Made by a program: the position numbers and the translations under genes
Assembly: GCA_043777275.1 (NCBI GenBank)
Contig: JAYVQD010000516.1
Span: 1 to 46,841 of the forward strand
Length of the DNA: 46,841 bases
Reading direction: 5' to 3'
Source: Nitrosomonadales bacterium
GTDB lineage: Bacteria > Pseudomonadota > Gammaproteobacteria > Burkholderiales > SG8-41
In this document: positions 1-8,803 of the stretch, piece after piece
Layout of the letters: each line of letters starts with the position of its first letter
How positions within the stretch are numbered: the first letter of the stretch is position 1
The notes under the pieces: generated by a model
What the model was told of the DNA's origin: nothing
Seen by the model: the letters and a program-made list of their open reading frames with translations, nothing else
The model's database searches: none

Positions 1-1
1 T

Positions 2-268
2 GGCTACTCGATTGCACGTTTGTTGCGCAGGCTCGGCTGGAAAGGTGAGTTGCGCGCGGTCGGCGACGTGCTGCGCGATCAATTGTTCTACATGACGCGT
101 TGCGGCTTTGACGCCTACGCGCTGCGTGAAGATCAGGACGCGCAAGTGGCGCTCACTGCATTCAGCGATTTTAGCGCGCCCTATCAGCCTGCTATCGACG
201 ATGGCGTGCGCCTGGGCACAGTGCGTGCTGCCAGCGCAGCGGCCGTCAACACGCTCAGTCCTTGGTAA
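2..268 (+). CDS. DUF934-family protein (associated with sulfite reduction), 5'-truncated by the window edge
   Basis: Frame 2 is open from the window edge. GYSIARLLRRLGWKGELRAVGDVLRDQLFYMTRCGFDAYALRED resembles the conserved core of DUF934 proteins found next to sulfite reductase/cys genes. cobA starts 5 nt after its stop. Confidence 0.6.
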   Translation, partial: GYSIARLLRRLGWKGELRAVGDVLRDQLFYMTRCGFDAYALREDQDAQVALTAFSDFSAPYQPAIDDGVRLGTVRAASAAAVNTLSPW

Positions 269-272
269 ACCC

Positions 273-1043
273 ATGAGCGGCGCCGTTTACCTCGTAGGCG
301 CAGGCCCCGGCGCGCCGGATCTGCTAACGCTGCGCGCCGCTCGCCTGCTTGAGCGCGCAGACATCGTATTTCACGATGCGCTGGTGCATCCCGAAACCTT
401 GGCGTTGGCCGCGCGCGCGGTCAAAGTCGCCGTGGGCAAACGCAGCGGCAAACACTCCACCGCGCAGCGTTTTATCAACAAACAGTTGATCGATGCGGCG
501 AAAAAATATTCGACCGTGGTGCGCCTCAAAGGCGGCGACCCGATGTTGTTCGGCCGCGCGCAGGAAGAAATCGACGCGTTGGTTGCGGCAGGCGTTACCT
601 TAGAAATCGTGCCGGGCGTCAGCGCTGCATTTGCCGCCAGCGCCGAGTTGCAGTGTTCGCTGACGCGCCGCGCGTTGTCGCGCAGCGTGGTGTTCGCCAC
701 GCCACGCGAAGCGGCGGGCAGTAAACAAAATGAGTGGGCCAAGGCTGCCGCCGCCGCAGATACAGCGGTGCTCTACATGGCAGCGGGTGAGGCGCAATCG
801 GTGAGTGCGGCGCTGATTGCCCATGGCGTACCGGCATCGCGTGCCGTGGTTATCGTTGAAAACGCCACCGGCGAATCGCGCAAAGTGATTTCCACCGATG
901 TCGGTAATCTGCCTGTTGCCGCGCAATGTGTTGGCGAAGGCCCTGCGCTGGTGATGGTGGGCGAGGTGTACGCCAACGTGAATACGGTGATAAACGCAGA
1001 CGACCTGTCGTCGTTGCTTCTGTCTTCGTGTAGAACGGCGTGA
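273..1043 (+). CDS. cobA: Uroporphyrinogen-III C-methyltransferase (SUMT, siroheme branch)
   Basis: Tetrapyrrole methylase motifs: VYLVGAGPGAPDLLTLRA, VRLKGGDPMLFGR, EIVPGVSAA. The ATG at 273 is preferred over the track start at 108, which would overlap the upstream gene. About 256 aa, so SUMT only, not the trifunctional CysG. Confidence 0.85.
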   Translation: MSGAVYLVGAGPGAPDLLTLRAARLLERADIVFHDALVHPETLALAARAVKVAVGKRSGKHSTAQRFINKQLIDAAKKYSTVVRLKGGDPMLFGRAQEEIDALVAAGVTLEIVPGVSAAFAASAELQCSLTRRALSRSVVFATPREAAGSKQNEWAKAAAAADTAVLYMAAGEAQSVSAALIAHGVPASRAVVIVENATGESRKVISTDVGNLPVAAQCVGEGPALVMVGEVYANVNTVINADDLSSLLLSSCRTA

Positions 1044-1120
1044 CGCGGTCCGCTTTCGCGGACTCAGCGGCGCGCCTTTAAAAAATTAACGGTAGTGACC
1101 ATCGCGGGGAACGTGCGGCC

Positions 1121-1837
1121 ATGATAAACGTAATCGAGCAACAAGTGGGCGAATTAAGAACATTGCTACGCAGAATCGCCGATGATTTTGCGCCAGCGGG
1201 ATTTGCCAGCAGCCTGGGTGCCGAGGATATGGTGCTCACCGATCTCATCTACACGATGGCGTTGCCGATCACAGTGTTTACGTTGGACACCGGGCGTCTG
1301 CCCGAGGAAACGCACGCGCTGATGGATGCCATCGCCCAACATTACGGCACGCGCCCGCGCGTTTTTTTTCCGCAGGCGGCGGCGGTCGAAGCGTATGTGT
1401 CGAGTCACGGTGCAAACGGCTTCTACGCCAGCGTGGAGGCGCGCAAGGCGTGCTGTCACATTCGCAAAGTTGAACCGTTGCGCCGTGCGCTGGCAGGGAA
1501 AAAAGCGTGGATTACCGGCTTGCGCCGCGAACAATCGGCGACCCGCACCGCGCTCGACGTCGAATCGTTTGATGCGGACAACTGTCTGATGAAATTTAAT
1601 CCCCTGGCTGCGTGGAGCGATGCACAGGTGTGGGAGTACATCCGTGCGCGCGGCGTGCCGACCAATGCGCTGCATGACCGGGGCTACCCCAGCATCGGGT
1701 GCGCGCCCTGCACGCGCGCGATCACGGTGGGCGAAGACATCCGCGCGGGCCGTTGGTGGTGGGAAAACCCGCAGCTCAAAGAATGTGGTTTGCACCCCAT
1801 AACCGGCAAACGAATTGCACAGGAGATCGAAGCATGA
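1121..1837 (+). CDS. cysH: Assimilatory adenylyl-sulfate (APS)/PAPS reductase, Fe-S type
   Basis: PAPS_reduct fold with KFNPLAAW and a C-terminal KECGLH. The Cys pair ACCHIRK plus CAPC is the signature of the 4Fe-4S APS-reductase subclass. Stop overlaps the cysD start (ATGA). Confidence 0.9.
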   Translation: MINVIEQQVGELRTLLRRIADDFAPAGFASSLGAEDMVLTDLIYTMALPITVFTLDTGRLPEETHALMDAIAQHYGTRPRVFFPQAAAVEAYVSSHGANGFYASVEARKACCHIRKVEPLRRALAGKKAWITGLRREQSATRTALDVESFDADNCLMKFNPLAAWSDAQVWEYIRARGVPTNALHDRGYPSIGCAPCTRAITVGEDIRAGRWWWENPQLKECGLHPITGKRIAQEIEA

Positions 1838-2781
1838 ACAGTGTTGTTGAAGCGGGGCAGTTTACGGTATCGCCGGAGTACGCAAGTGCGCGCAGCCATC
1901 TCGACTGGCTGGAGTCCGAAGCCATCTACATTTTGCGCGAAGTGGCGGGTGAGTGCGCGAATCCCGCGCTGCTGTTTTCGGGCGGCAAGGATTCCGCGGT
2001 GTTGTTGCGGCTGGCGGAAAAAGCCTTCCGGCCGGGACGTTTTCCGTTTCCGCTGCTGCATATCGATACGGGCCATAACTTTCAGGAAGTCATCGACTTT
2101 CGCGACGCGCGTGCCGCCGAATTGGGCGAGCGGCTGATTGTGCGTTCACTCGATGATTCGATCCGCACCGGGCGCATCCGTCTGGCGCGTGAGGACGAAA
2201 GCCGCAACGTGCATCAGTCGGTGACGCTGCTCGACAGCGTGGCCGAATTCGGCTTTGATGCCCTGATCGGTGGTGCGCGGCGCGACGAGGAAAAGGCGCG
2301 CGCCAAGGAAAGAATTTTTTCGTTCCGCGACCGCTTCGGCCAGTGGGACCCCAAAAACCAGCGGCCGGAGCTATGGGACGTGTTCAACTCGCGGGTGCAG
2401 CCGGGCGAACATGTGCGGGTGTTTCCGATCAGCAACTGGACCGAGCTCGATGTGTGGGAATACATCGCGCGCGAAGACATGGCATTGCCGTCGGTTTATT
2501 ACGCGCACGAACGGCCGGTGGTGCGCCGCAATGGGCTATTGGTGCCGGTCACACCGCTGACGCCGCCGCGCGAGGGTGAGGTGGTGGAAGACGTGTCGGT
2601 GCGCTTTCGCACCGTGGGCGACATTACCTGCACCTGTCCGGTCGAATCCACCGCAGCGACGCCTGAAGAGATCATTGCCGAGACCGCGATAGCCCGTGTC
2701 ACCGAGCGCGGCGCCACGCGCATGGACGATCAAACATCAGACGCGTCGATGGAACGGCGCAAGAAAGAGGGGTATTTCTAA
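1834..2781 (+). CDS. cysD: Sulfate adenylyltransferase subunit 2
   Basis: PP-loop SGGKDS and HIDTGHNF. Internal ATG at 1834 overlaps the cysH stop. Stop overlaps the cysN start (TAATG). Confidence 0.93.
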   Translation: MNSVVEAGQFTVSPEYASARSHLDWLESEAIYILREVAGECANPALLFSGGKDSAVLLRLAEKAFRPGRFPFPLLHIDTGHNFQEVIDFRDARAAELGERLIVRSLDDSIRTGRIRLAREDESRNVHQSVTLLDSVAEFGFDALIGGARRDEEKARAKERIFSFRDRFGQWDPKNQRPELWDVFNSRVQPGEHVRVFPISNWTELDVWEYIAREDMALPSVYYAHERPVVRRNGLLVPVTPLTPPREGEVVEDVSVRFRTVGDITCTCPVESTAATPEEIIAETAIARVTERGATRMDDQTSDASMERRKKEGYF

Positions 2782-4058
2782 TGGACCGATCAGGGGCAGT
2801 GGAACTAGCCGCGGTAGCCGCACTGGCGGAACGCGGCGTGCTGCGTTTTATCACGGCGGGCAGCGTGGATGACGGCAAAAGCACGCTGATCGGCCGCTTG
2901 CTGCATGACACGCACGCGATCATGGAGGATCAATTTGCGGCTGTGCAGCGCGCGTCCGCCAAACGCGGCGCAGTGGAAACGGACCTGTCGCTGCTCACCG
3001 ACGGCTTGGAAGCCGAGCGCGAGCAGGGCATCACCATCGACGTGGCGTACCGTTACTTCACCACGCCCCGGCGCAAATTCATCATCGCCGATACGCCGGG
3101 CCACGAGCAATACACGCGCAATATGGTGACGGGTGCGTCCACCGCTGATGCCGCGATTATTTTGCTCGATGCGCGCAAGGGTTTGCTCGCGCAATCGAAG
3201 CGCCATTTGCTGCTGGCGAATCTGCTGGGCATACGCCAGATCATCGTGGCGGTGAACAAAATGGATGCGGTGGATTACAGCCGTACGGTGTTTGAGTCGG
3301 TCACAGCAGACTTTGAGCGTTTCGCCGCGCCACTGGCAATCCCCGGTCTGGTGTTCATACCCGTGTCGGCGCTGCGCGGTGACGGGGTTGTCGCACGCAG
3401 CGCACACATACCCTGGTATCGGGGGCCATCGTTGCTGGAAGTGCTGGAAAACACGCCGTCGGGTTCGTTGGATGAACAACACTCATTTCGTTTGTCCGTG
3501 CAACGGGTGAGCCGGCACAATGATGTGCGCGGCTATGCTGGACGTATCGCTGCCGGGCAGGTCAAAACGGACGACGAGATCGTGGTGCTGCCGTCGGGAC
3601 GGCGTACACGCATCCGCAGCATCACCGCGCCCGATGGCCAGCGGTCTTCGGCAACGGCGGGCGATTCGGTGACGCTGACCCTCGCCGATGAAATCGATAT
3701 TTCGCGCGGCGACATGCTGGCCAGCGTGACACATCCGCCGCGTGTCCTGGATACGGTCACGGCAACCCTGTGCTGGCTCACGCAAGAGCCGCTGCGTATC
3801 AACGCGCGCTATGTGCTGCGGCACACCACGCGCACTGTCAAGGCCAAGGTGGTGGCGGTGAACTCGCATCGGGATGTGCATACACTGGAAAAACGGGCGG
3901 TTGCAGGCGGCGTGAATTTGAATGACATCGTGCAGGCCACGCTCGCGCTGCAACAGCCGATTTTCGCCGACCCCTATGTGACGACACGCGCCATGGGCGC
4001 TTTCATTCTGATCGACGAGGTGACCAATCAGACCGTCGCGGCCGGGATGGTTGAGTAA
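2781..4058 (+). CDS. cysN: Sulfate adenylyltransferase subunit 1 (GTPase), no fused APS kinase domain
   Basis: G1 GSVDDGKST, G3 DTPGHEQY, G4 NKMD. At 425 aa it lacks a CysC domain. Confidence 0.93.
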   Translation: MDRSGAVELAAVAALAERGVLRFITAGSVDDGKSTLIGRLLHDTHAIMEDQFAAVQRASAKRGAVETDLSLLTDGLEAEREQGITIDVAYRYFTTPRRKFIIADTPGHEQYTRNMVTGASTADAAIILLDARKGLLAQSKRHLLLANLLGIRQIIVAVNKMDAVDYSRTVFESVTADFERFAAPLAIPGLVFIPVSALRGDGVVARSAHIPWYRGPSLLEVLENTPSGSLDEQHSFRLSVQRVSRHNDVRGYAGRIAAGQVKTDDEIVVLPSGRRTRIRSITAPDGQRSSATAGDSVTLTLADEIDISRGDMLASVTHPPRVLDTVTATLCWLTQEPLRINARYVLRHTTRTVKAKVVAVNSHRDVHTLEKRAVAGGVNLNDIVQATLALQQPIFADPYVTTRAMGAFILIDEVTNQTVAAGMVE

Positions 4059-4099
4059 TTGAGTCGAATAACTGAGTTGAATAAGTGTCGCGTGGAGCC

Positions 4100-5080
4100 A
4101 TGAAACCATCAGAATTGAACGATTCCGACAATGCGGCGAGCGAGTGGCATCGCAAACGCGCGACGGCGCGTGCGATCGTGACGGATGCTGCCACCTGCCA
4201 GCCGGAACGCGTTCTGCGCGCCGCGACGTGGCTGATATGCGTGTTGCTGTCCGGTTTGATGCTAACCGCGGCATGGCTGTTGATTTTGCGGTACGACTGG
4301 CACGGAGCGCTGGACATCGTTGGTGCAACGCTTTCCAGCAGCGTGTTCTGGACCGCCTTGGCGGTGGGGCTGTTCGCGCAGATCGTCGATGGCGCGCTGG
4401 GCATGGCGTATGGCGTCACCGCTTCTACGTTTTTGATGGCGACCGGTGCGAGTCCCGCAGCTGCGAGTGCTAGTGTGCATATCGCGGAAATATTTACGAC
4501 CGGTGTTTCGGGTATTTCTCATGTCCGAATCGGCAACGTGGACAAACGATTGTTCGTGCGGCTGGTGGCGCCCGGCGTTGCAGGCGCGATACTGGGCGCC
4601 GTGGTGGTGACGCAGATTGATGGCGCAATGCTCAAGCCCTATGTTTCCACGTATCTGTTGCTGTTGGGTATTTACATTGTTTATAAAGCAATTCGGCAGG
4701 CCAAGCGGCGTACGCGAGCGCCCGCCCATGTGGGCAAACTGGCGCTAACGGGTGGATTTCTCGATACGGTTGGCGGCGGCGGCTGGGGTCCGGTGGTGAC
4801 GTCAACGCTGATCGGCGCCGGCAATGATCCGCGCAAGACCATCGGTACCGTGAGTTTGGCGGAATTCTTCGTCGCGCTGGCCGGCGCGGCATCTTTTTTG
4901 TTATTGATGGAGACGAACACCTGGATGATTATCGCGGGACTGGTAATGGGCGGTGCGATTGCCGCGCCGTTTGCCGCGCTCGTTTGTGCGAAGCTGCCGG
5001 CGCGCCTGCTGATGCTGCTGGTGGGCGTGCTGATCGGGGTACTCAGTATGTTTAACCTGTATCGGGCGATTTACATATAA
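4100..5080 (+). CDS. TauE/SafE (TSUP, DUF81) family anion permease
   Basis: Multi-TM protein with DGALGMAYGV...HIAEIFTTGVSG and a second half GGFLDTVGGGGWGPV, typical of the TSUP internal repeat. Start is uncertain (GTG 4085 or ATG 4100). The TAA stop at 5078-5080 is the first 3 nt of a 17-mer repeat copy. Confidence 0.8.
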   Translation: MKPSELNDSDNAASEWHRKRATARAIVTDAATCQPERVLRAATWLICVLLSGLMLTAAWLLILRYDWHGALDIVGATLSSSVFWTALAVGLFAQIVDGALGMAYGVTASTFLMATGASPAAASASVHIAEIFTTGVSGISHVRIGNVDKRLFVRLVAPGVAGAILGAVVVTQIDGAMLKPYVSTYLLLLGIYIVYKAIRQAKRRTRAPAHVGKLALTGGFLDTVGGGGWGPVVTSTLIGAGNDPRKTIGTVSLAEFFVALAGAASFLLLMETNTWMIIAGLVMGGAIAAPFAALVCAKLPARLLMLLVGVLIGVLSMFNLYRAIYI

Positions 5081-5094
5081 GTATTTGTTTTTAA
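5078..5094 (+). repeat. AT-rich 17-mer TAAGTATTTGTTTTTAA, copy 1 (perfect)
   Basis: Exact 17/17 match. Its TAA is the stop codon of the TauE-like gene. It is followed by about 30 more AT-rich nt. Confidence 0.9.
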
Positions 5095-5211
5095 ATAAAA
5101 ATTTGTAATATAGCATTATCCGTTTGGTGCGACGGCGGCGTTACGCGCAGCGTGCGGTGCGGCAATGCGAAGTAGAATTCCGTCGATCCCCAACTGCACG
5201 GATGCATTGCC

Positions 5212-5931
5212 ATGACACCCGATCTAACCGACATCAAGGCGCTCACCTTCGACGTATTCGGCACCTGCGTCGATTTTCGCGCCAGCATCATCAAGGATTG
5301 CCGCACGTGGGGCAAAGCGCGCGGCTTACGCGTGAACTGGCCGAAGTTTGCCGACGCATGGCGCGCCGGTTATCGCCCTGCGATGGATCGCGTGACACGC
5401 GGCGAATTGCCGTGGACCAAAATCGACGCGCTGCATCGCTTGATCCTCGATGACCTGCTGGTGAAATTCAAGATCAACGATCTGACCGAAGCCGAGAAAG
5501 TTCATCTGAATCGCGTATGGCATCGCTTAAAGCCGTGGCCGGATACCGTCAAAGGGTTGAAGCGGCTGAAGAAAAATCACACTATCGCCACGCTCTCCAA
5601 CGGCAACACCTCGCTGCTGGTGAACATGGCGAAGTTCGGCGGCCTGCCGTGGGACTGCGTGTTTTCAGCAGAGACGTTTCATCACTACAAGCCCGATGCC
5701 GAAGCGTATTTGGGCGCAGTGGCGGCACTCGATCTCAAGCCCGAACAGGTGATGATGGTTGCGGCGCACAAGCACGATCTTTTCGCTGCGCAGATGGTTG
5801 GTTTGAAAACCGCCTTCGTGCGCAGCCCGCATGAGCATGGCCGCAACACCAACAAAGACCTGGCTGACGAGCCGTCGTTTACGATTAACGCCGACGACAT
5901 GGTTGATCTGGCGGCGAAGCTCGGTTGCTAA
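5212..5931 (+). CDS. HAD-superfamily hydrolase, haloacid dehalogenase type II-like
   Basis: N-terminal DVFGT nucleophile motif, TLSNGN and a C-terminal HKHDL region typical of type II haloacid dehalogenases. Confidence 0.7.
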   Translation: MTPDLTDIKALTFDVFGTCVDFRASIIKDCRTWGKARGLRVNWPKFADAWRAGYRPAMDRVTRGELPWTKIDALHRLILDDLLVKFKINDLTEAEKVHLNRVWHRLKPWPDTVKGLKRLKKNHTIATLSNGNTSLLVNMAKFGGLPWDCVFSAETFHHYKPDAEAYLGAVAALDLKPEQVMMVAAHKHDLFAAQMVGLKTAFVRSPHEHGRNTNKDLADEPSFTINADDMVDLAAKLGC

Positions 5932-5945
5932 TTCAGGAGAAACAC

Positions 5946-6551
5946 ATGCCCGCCAAAACCCAACGGCCGACGCAGGAAGAAATGAAAACGCGCATCGCGC
6001 GCTTCAAAGACTTGAAATCCACCAAGGCGCAGCACGGCGCGAACAAAGGCATCCCGCCCGAAGTGCTGGAGCTGATTACCGCCAAGACCACCTACAACAT
6101 CATGTCGCCGCCGGGCCTCGGCGGGCAGCTCGCGCCCACGCCGCCGGTGGTGGGTGGTGATGCGGGCGTGTTTCGTTTAGGGATAGTGACCTGCCCGCCG
6201 GGCAATGGCGCGGGACTGCATGTGCATTGGAAGACGCACGAAACCTTCATGGCGCTCACCGGCAAGTGGGAAATGATCTGGGGCGACAAGGGCGAAGAAA
6301 AAACCGTGCTGGAGCCGTTTGACCTGATGGCCGTGCCGCCGCGGGTGACGCGTACCTTCAAAAATATCTCGGATGCCGACGCGCATATGCTGGTGATTAT
6401 TCAAGGCCAGCCCGGCGAGTTCGACGACGTGGGCCGCGTGCCGGAGACTGCCGAAAAAGTCGCGCAGAAATTCGGCCCGGAGATGGTGGAAAAATTAAAA
6501 ACCCTCGGCTGGCAGTTCACGCTGGATGCGAACGCGCCGCCGGATGCGTAA
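5946..6551 (+). CDS. Cupin-domain protein
   Basis: G-x-H-x-H-like core GNGAGLHVHWKTHETF plus a second beta-barrel motif. The ATG at 5946 is preceded by AGGAGA and is preferred over the track start at 5925. Confidence 0.6.
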   Translation: MPAKTQRPTQEEMKTRIARFKDLKSTKAQHGANKGIPPEVLELITAKTTYNIMSPPGLGGQLAPTPPVVGGDAGVFRLGIVTCPPGNGAGLHVHWKTHETFMALTGKWEMIWGDKGEEKTVLEPFDLMAVPPRVTRTFKNISDADAHMLVIIQGQPGEFDDVGRVPETAEKVAQKFGPEMVEKLKTLGWQFTLDANAPPDA

Positions 6552-7644
6552 CACCTCCACCGTCGTTCCCGCGCAGGCGGGAACCCATAACACAGTGTCG
6601 CTTGAGGCGCCGCATGGGTTCCCACCGCAGCCTGCCCTCGAATGCTTTAGTCGGGGGCGCGAACGACCGTATTGGTGCGGTTGCGCTTTCCTGTTTGTAA
6701 CGCTGGCAACGGGATCACTCAGCGCGCAACCCTACCCCACGCGCCCCATCCGCCTCATCGTTCCCTTCCCGGCCGGCGGCACCGCCGACGTGCTCGCGCG
6801 CAGCATCACCAACGAAACCGGCGCGCAACTGGGGCAGCCGTTTGTGATCGACAATCGCGGCGGCGCCAACGGCATCATCGGCATCGACATCGTGGCGAAA
6901 GCGCCGCCCGACGGCCACACGCTGCTGCATGTGACGGCGGCCTTCGTCATCAATCCGCATGTCTACCTCAAGCTGCCGTATGACGTGTTTCGCGACTTCG
7001 AGCCGGTGACCAACGCAGTGCTCGGCACCGGCTATCTGGTGTTGCTGCATCCGGCGGTGGCGGCGAACACGGTAAAGGAGTTGATCGCGCTGGCGAATGA
7101 TCCAAAAATGAGCGGCAAGCTGAGTTACAGCTCGCCCGGCGTCGGCAACACGCTGCATCTGGCGGCGGAGTTGTTCGCCACGCGCACGGGTATAAAACTC
7201 CTGCACGTGCCGTACAAGGGGGTTGCGCCGGCGCTGAATGCCGTGCTTGCGGGTGAAGTGCAAATGACGCTGATACCGCCGACCATCGCGGTGCCGCAGA
7301 TCAAGGCGGGGCGCGCCAAAGCGATTGCGTTTACCGGATCAACGCGTTTTCCAGGCTTGCCGCAACTGCCGACGATGACCGAAGCGGGCATCCAGAATCT
7401 CGAACTCACCGGCGCATGGCACGGCTGGTTCGCGCCGGCGAGAACACCGGCGAACGTGCTTGCGCGCCTGCACCAGGAAGTGGCAAAGTCGTTGCAGATG
7501 CCGCGCGTGCGCGAGGTCATCGTCACCGGCGGTTACGAGCCGGACGGACGCCCGCCTGCGGAATTTCGCGCGTTTCTGCGGCTCGAATACGAGCGTTATG
7601 CCGAGATGGTGCGGGTGGCCAACGTGCCCAAGACAACACATTAA
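6544..7644 (+). CDS. Bug-family (TctC-like) tripartite tricarboxylate transporter substrate-binding protein; N-terminus uncertain
   Basis: The mature part, QPYPTRPIRLIVPFPAGGTADVLAR...YSSPGVGNTLHLA...HVPYKG, is classic Bug/TctC. The only in-frame canonical starts (6526, 6544) lie upstream of a REP-like hairpin that would then be translated. Confidence 0.8.
   Translation: MRNTSTVVPAQAGTHNTVSLEAPHGFPPQPALECFSRGRERPYWCGCAFLFVTLATGSLSAQPYPTRPIRLIVPFPAGGTADVLARSITNETGAQLGQPFVIDNRGGANGIIGIDIVAKAPPDGHTLLHVTAAFVINPHVYLKLPYDVFRDFEPVTNAVLGTGYLVLLHPAVAANTVKELIALANDPKMSGKLSYSSPGVGNTLHLAAELFATRTGIKLLHVPYKGVAPALNAVLAGEVQMTLIPPTIAVPQIKAGRAKAIAFTGSTRFPGLPQLPTMTEAGIQNLELTGAWHGWFAPARTPANVLARLHQEVAKSLQMPRVREVIVTGGYEPDGRPPAEFRAFLRLEYERYAEMVRVANVPKTTH
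6565..6623. repeat. GC-rich REP-like nested palindromes
   Basis: GTTCCCGC (6565-6572), loop GCAG, then GCGGGAAC (6577-6584) form a perfect 8-bp stem. GGGAACCCAT (6579-6588) pairs with ATGGGTTCCC (6614-6623). The translation VPAQAGTH is typical of a widespread proteobacterial intergenic repeat. Confidence 0.55.
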
Positions 7645-7647
7645 AAT

Positions 7648-8097
7648 ATGATTAAAAACAAATACTTACATAAAGAACGCACAGGGTTGATTCTGTTCGC
7701 CCACGGCTCGCGCAATCCGGCGTGGCGCAAGCCGTTCGACCGCGTGCTGAAAGATGTGATGAAACGCGGCGAGTGCCAGGCGATTCTGGCGTTCGGCGAA
7801 TTCATGTCGCCGGGCATGGTCGAGGCCGCGCAAATGCTGGCGGCGCAAGGCGTGAAAAAGGCGGTGATCGTGCCGTTGTTTCTGGGCGGCGGCGCGCATG
7901 TGCGCGGCGACGTGCCGAAACTCGCCGCGCAGGCGCGCGCGGCGAGTGGTATGCAATTGCGTGTGGCAAAAACCATCGGCGAAGACGCCGCGGTGTTGAA
8001 CGCGATTGCGGATTACAGCATTGCCGCCGCACGCCCTCCGCGTGCTACACGTGCTACGCCGGCTGCGACTATTTCAGCGCGCCGAAAACCTTCTTGA
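7648..8097 (+). CDS. CbiX/SirB-type (small) sirohydrochlorin chelatase
   Basis: LILFAHGSRNPAWRKPF...VIVPLFLGGGAHVRGDVP matches the CbiX(S) pattern. The first codons (MIKNKYLHKE) are encoded by the 17-mer repeat; an alternative TTG start at 7687 is possible. The 3' end overlaps the convergent gene by 29 nt. Confidence 0.7.
   Translation: MIKNKYLHKERTGLILFAHGSRNPAWRKPFDRVLKDVMKRGECQAILAFGEFMSPGMVEAAQMLAAQGVKKAVIVPLFLGGGAHVRGDVPKLAAQARAASGMQLRVAKTIGEDAAVLNAIADYSIAAARPPRATRATPAATISARRKPS
7652..7668 (-). repeat. AT-rich 17-mer, copy 2 (perfect, reverse orientation)
   Basis: TTAAAAACAAATACTTA on the + strand. Lies 8 nt after the Bug stop, inside codons 2-7 of the CbiX-like ORF. Confidence 0.9.
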
Positions 8098-8755
8098 CGA
8101 TATCGCTGGTGGCACCGAGCGGATTGGCGCGCAGCGCTTTTTCCTGTTCGCCGATCATGAAATACAAACCGTCGAGCGCCTTGTTGGTGACGTAGTTTTC
8201 GATTTTGGCGTCGTCTTTCTTGATAAGCCCCAATGAGGCACCTTGCCCGGCGAGCGAGTTGTATTGCTGCGCGAGGCCCACTTTGTCGGTGGAGGTTTTA
8301 ACGATCGGCAAAAAGCGCTGCGTGAGTTGCGCACTGGTGGTGCGCTTGAAATAATCGGTGACCGAAGTCTGGCCGCCGGTGAGGATGCCCTTGGCGTCCT
8401 GTAGCGTCATTTTCGACACCGAGTCGGCGATCAGTTGTTTGGCTTCGGGCACCGCCATTTCGGCGGCGCTGTTCATCGACACCACCAGCTCGTCGGCCTG
8501 TTTTTTCATGCCCGCGAGGCGCAGCGCGCCCTCTACTTTTTTGAGTGCGGGCGGCAGCGGAATTTTCACCTGCGGGTTGTTCAGAAAGCCCCCTTGTGCG
8601 CCGAGCTTGCCGATGGCGGCAATGGCGCCTTCGTTCAGCGATTGCTTCAGGCCGCTGCTGGCGTCGGCGTTGCTGATGCCGGATAACTGCGCGAATGCGG
8701 GTGAGGCGAAAACAGTCAGTGTGGCAATGGCAACAACATTTGAAATTCGGCGCAT
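8069..8755 (-). CDS. DUF4197-family secreted protein
   Basis: Signal peptide MRRISNVVAIATLTVFASPAFA. GLKQSLNEG, VKIPLPPAL, MNSAAE, YVTNKALDGLY and a VKKVFG tail fit DUF4197. The ATG at 8755 has AGGAG 7 nt upstream. Confidence 0.75.
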   Translation of the reverse strand: MRRISNVVAIATLTVFASPAFAQLSGISNADASSGLKQSLNEGAIAAIGKLGAQGGFLNNPQVKIPLPPALKKVEGALRLAGMKKQADELVVSMNSAAEMAVPEAKQLIADSVSKMTLQDAKGILTGGQTSVTDYFKRTTSAQLTQRFLPIVKTSTDKVGLAQQYNSLAGQGASLGLIKKDDAKIENYVTNKALDGLYFMIGEQEKALRANPLGATSDIVKKVFGALK

Positions 8756-8803
8756 AATTTGCTCCTTTGAGTTCATTGAGTCCGGTCAGGCGTGAGGAAT
8801 GAT

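Noticed and set aside
1048-1063. A GTCCGC-TTTC-GCGGAC hairpin after cobA, a possible terminator.
   Set aside because: The 6-bp stem is not followed by a T-run, and cysH starts 58 nt later in what looks like the same operon.
4055-4088. Short direct repeats TTGAGTAA / TTGAGTCGAATAA / CTGAGTTGAATAA between cysN and the TauE-like gene.
   Set aside because: These are very short and imperfect, and probably incidental to the stop/RBS region.
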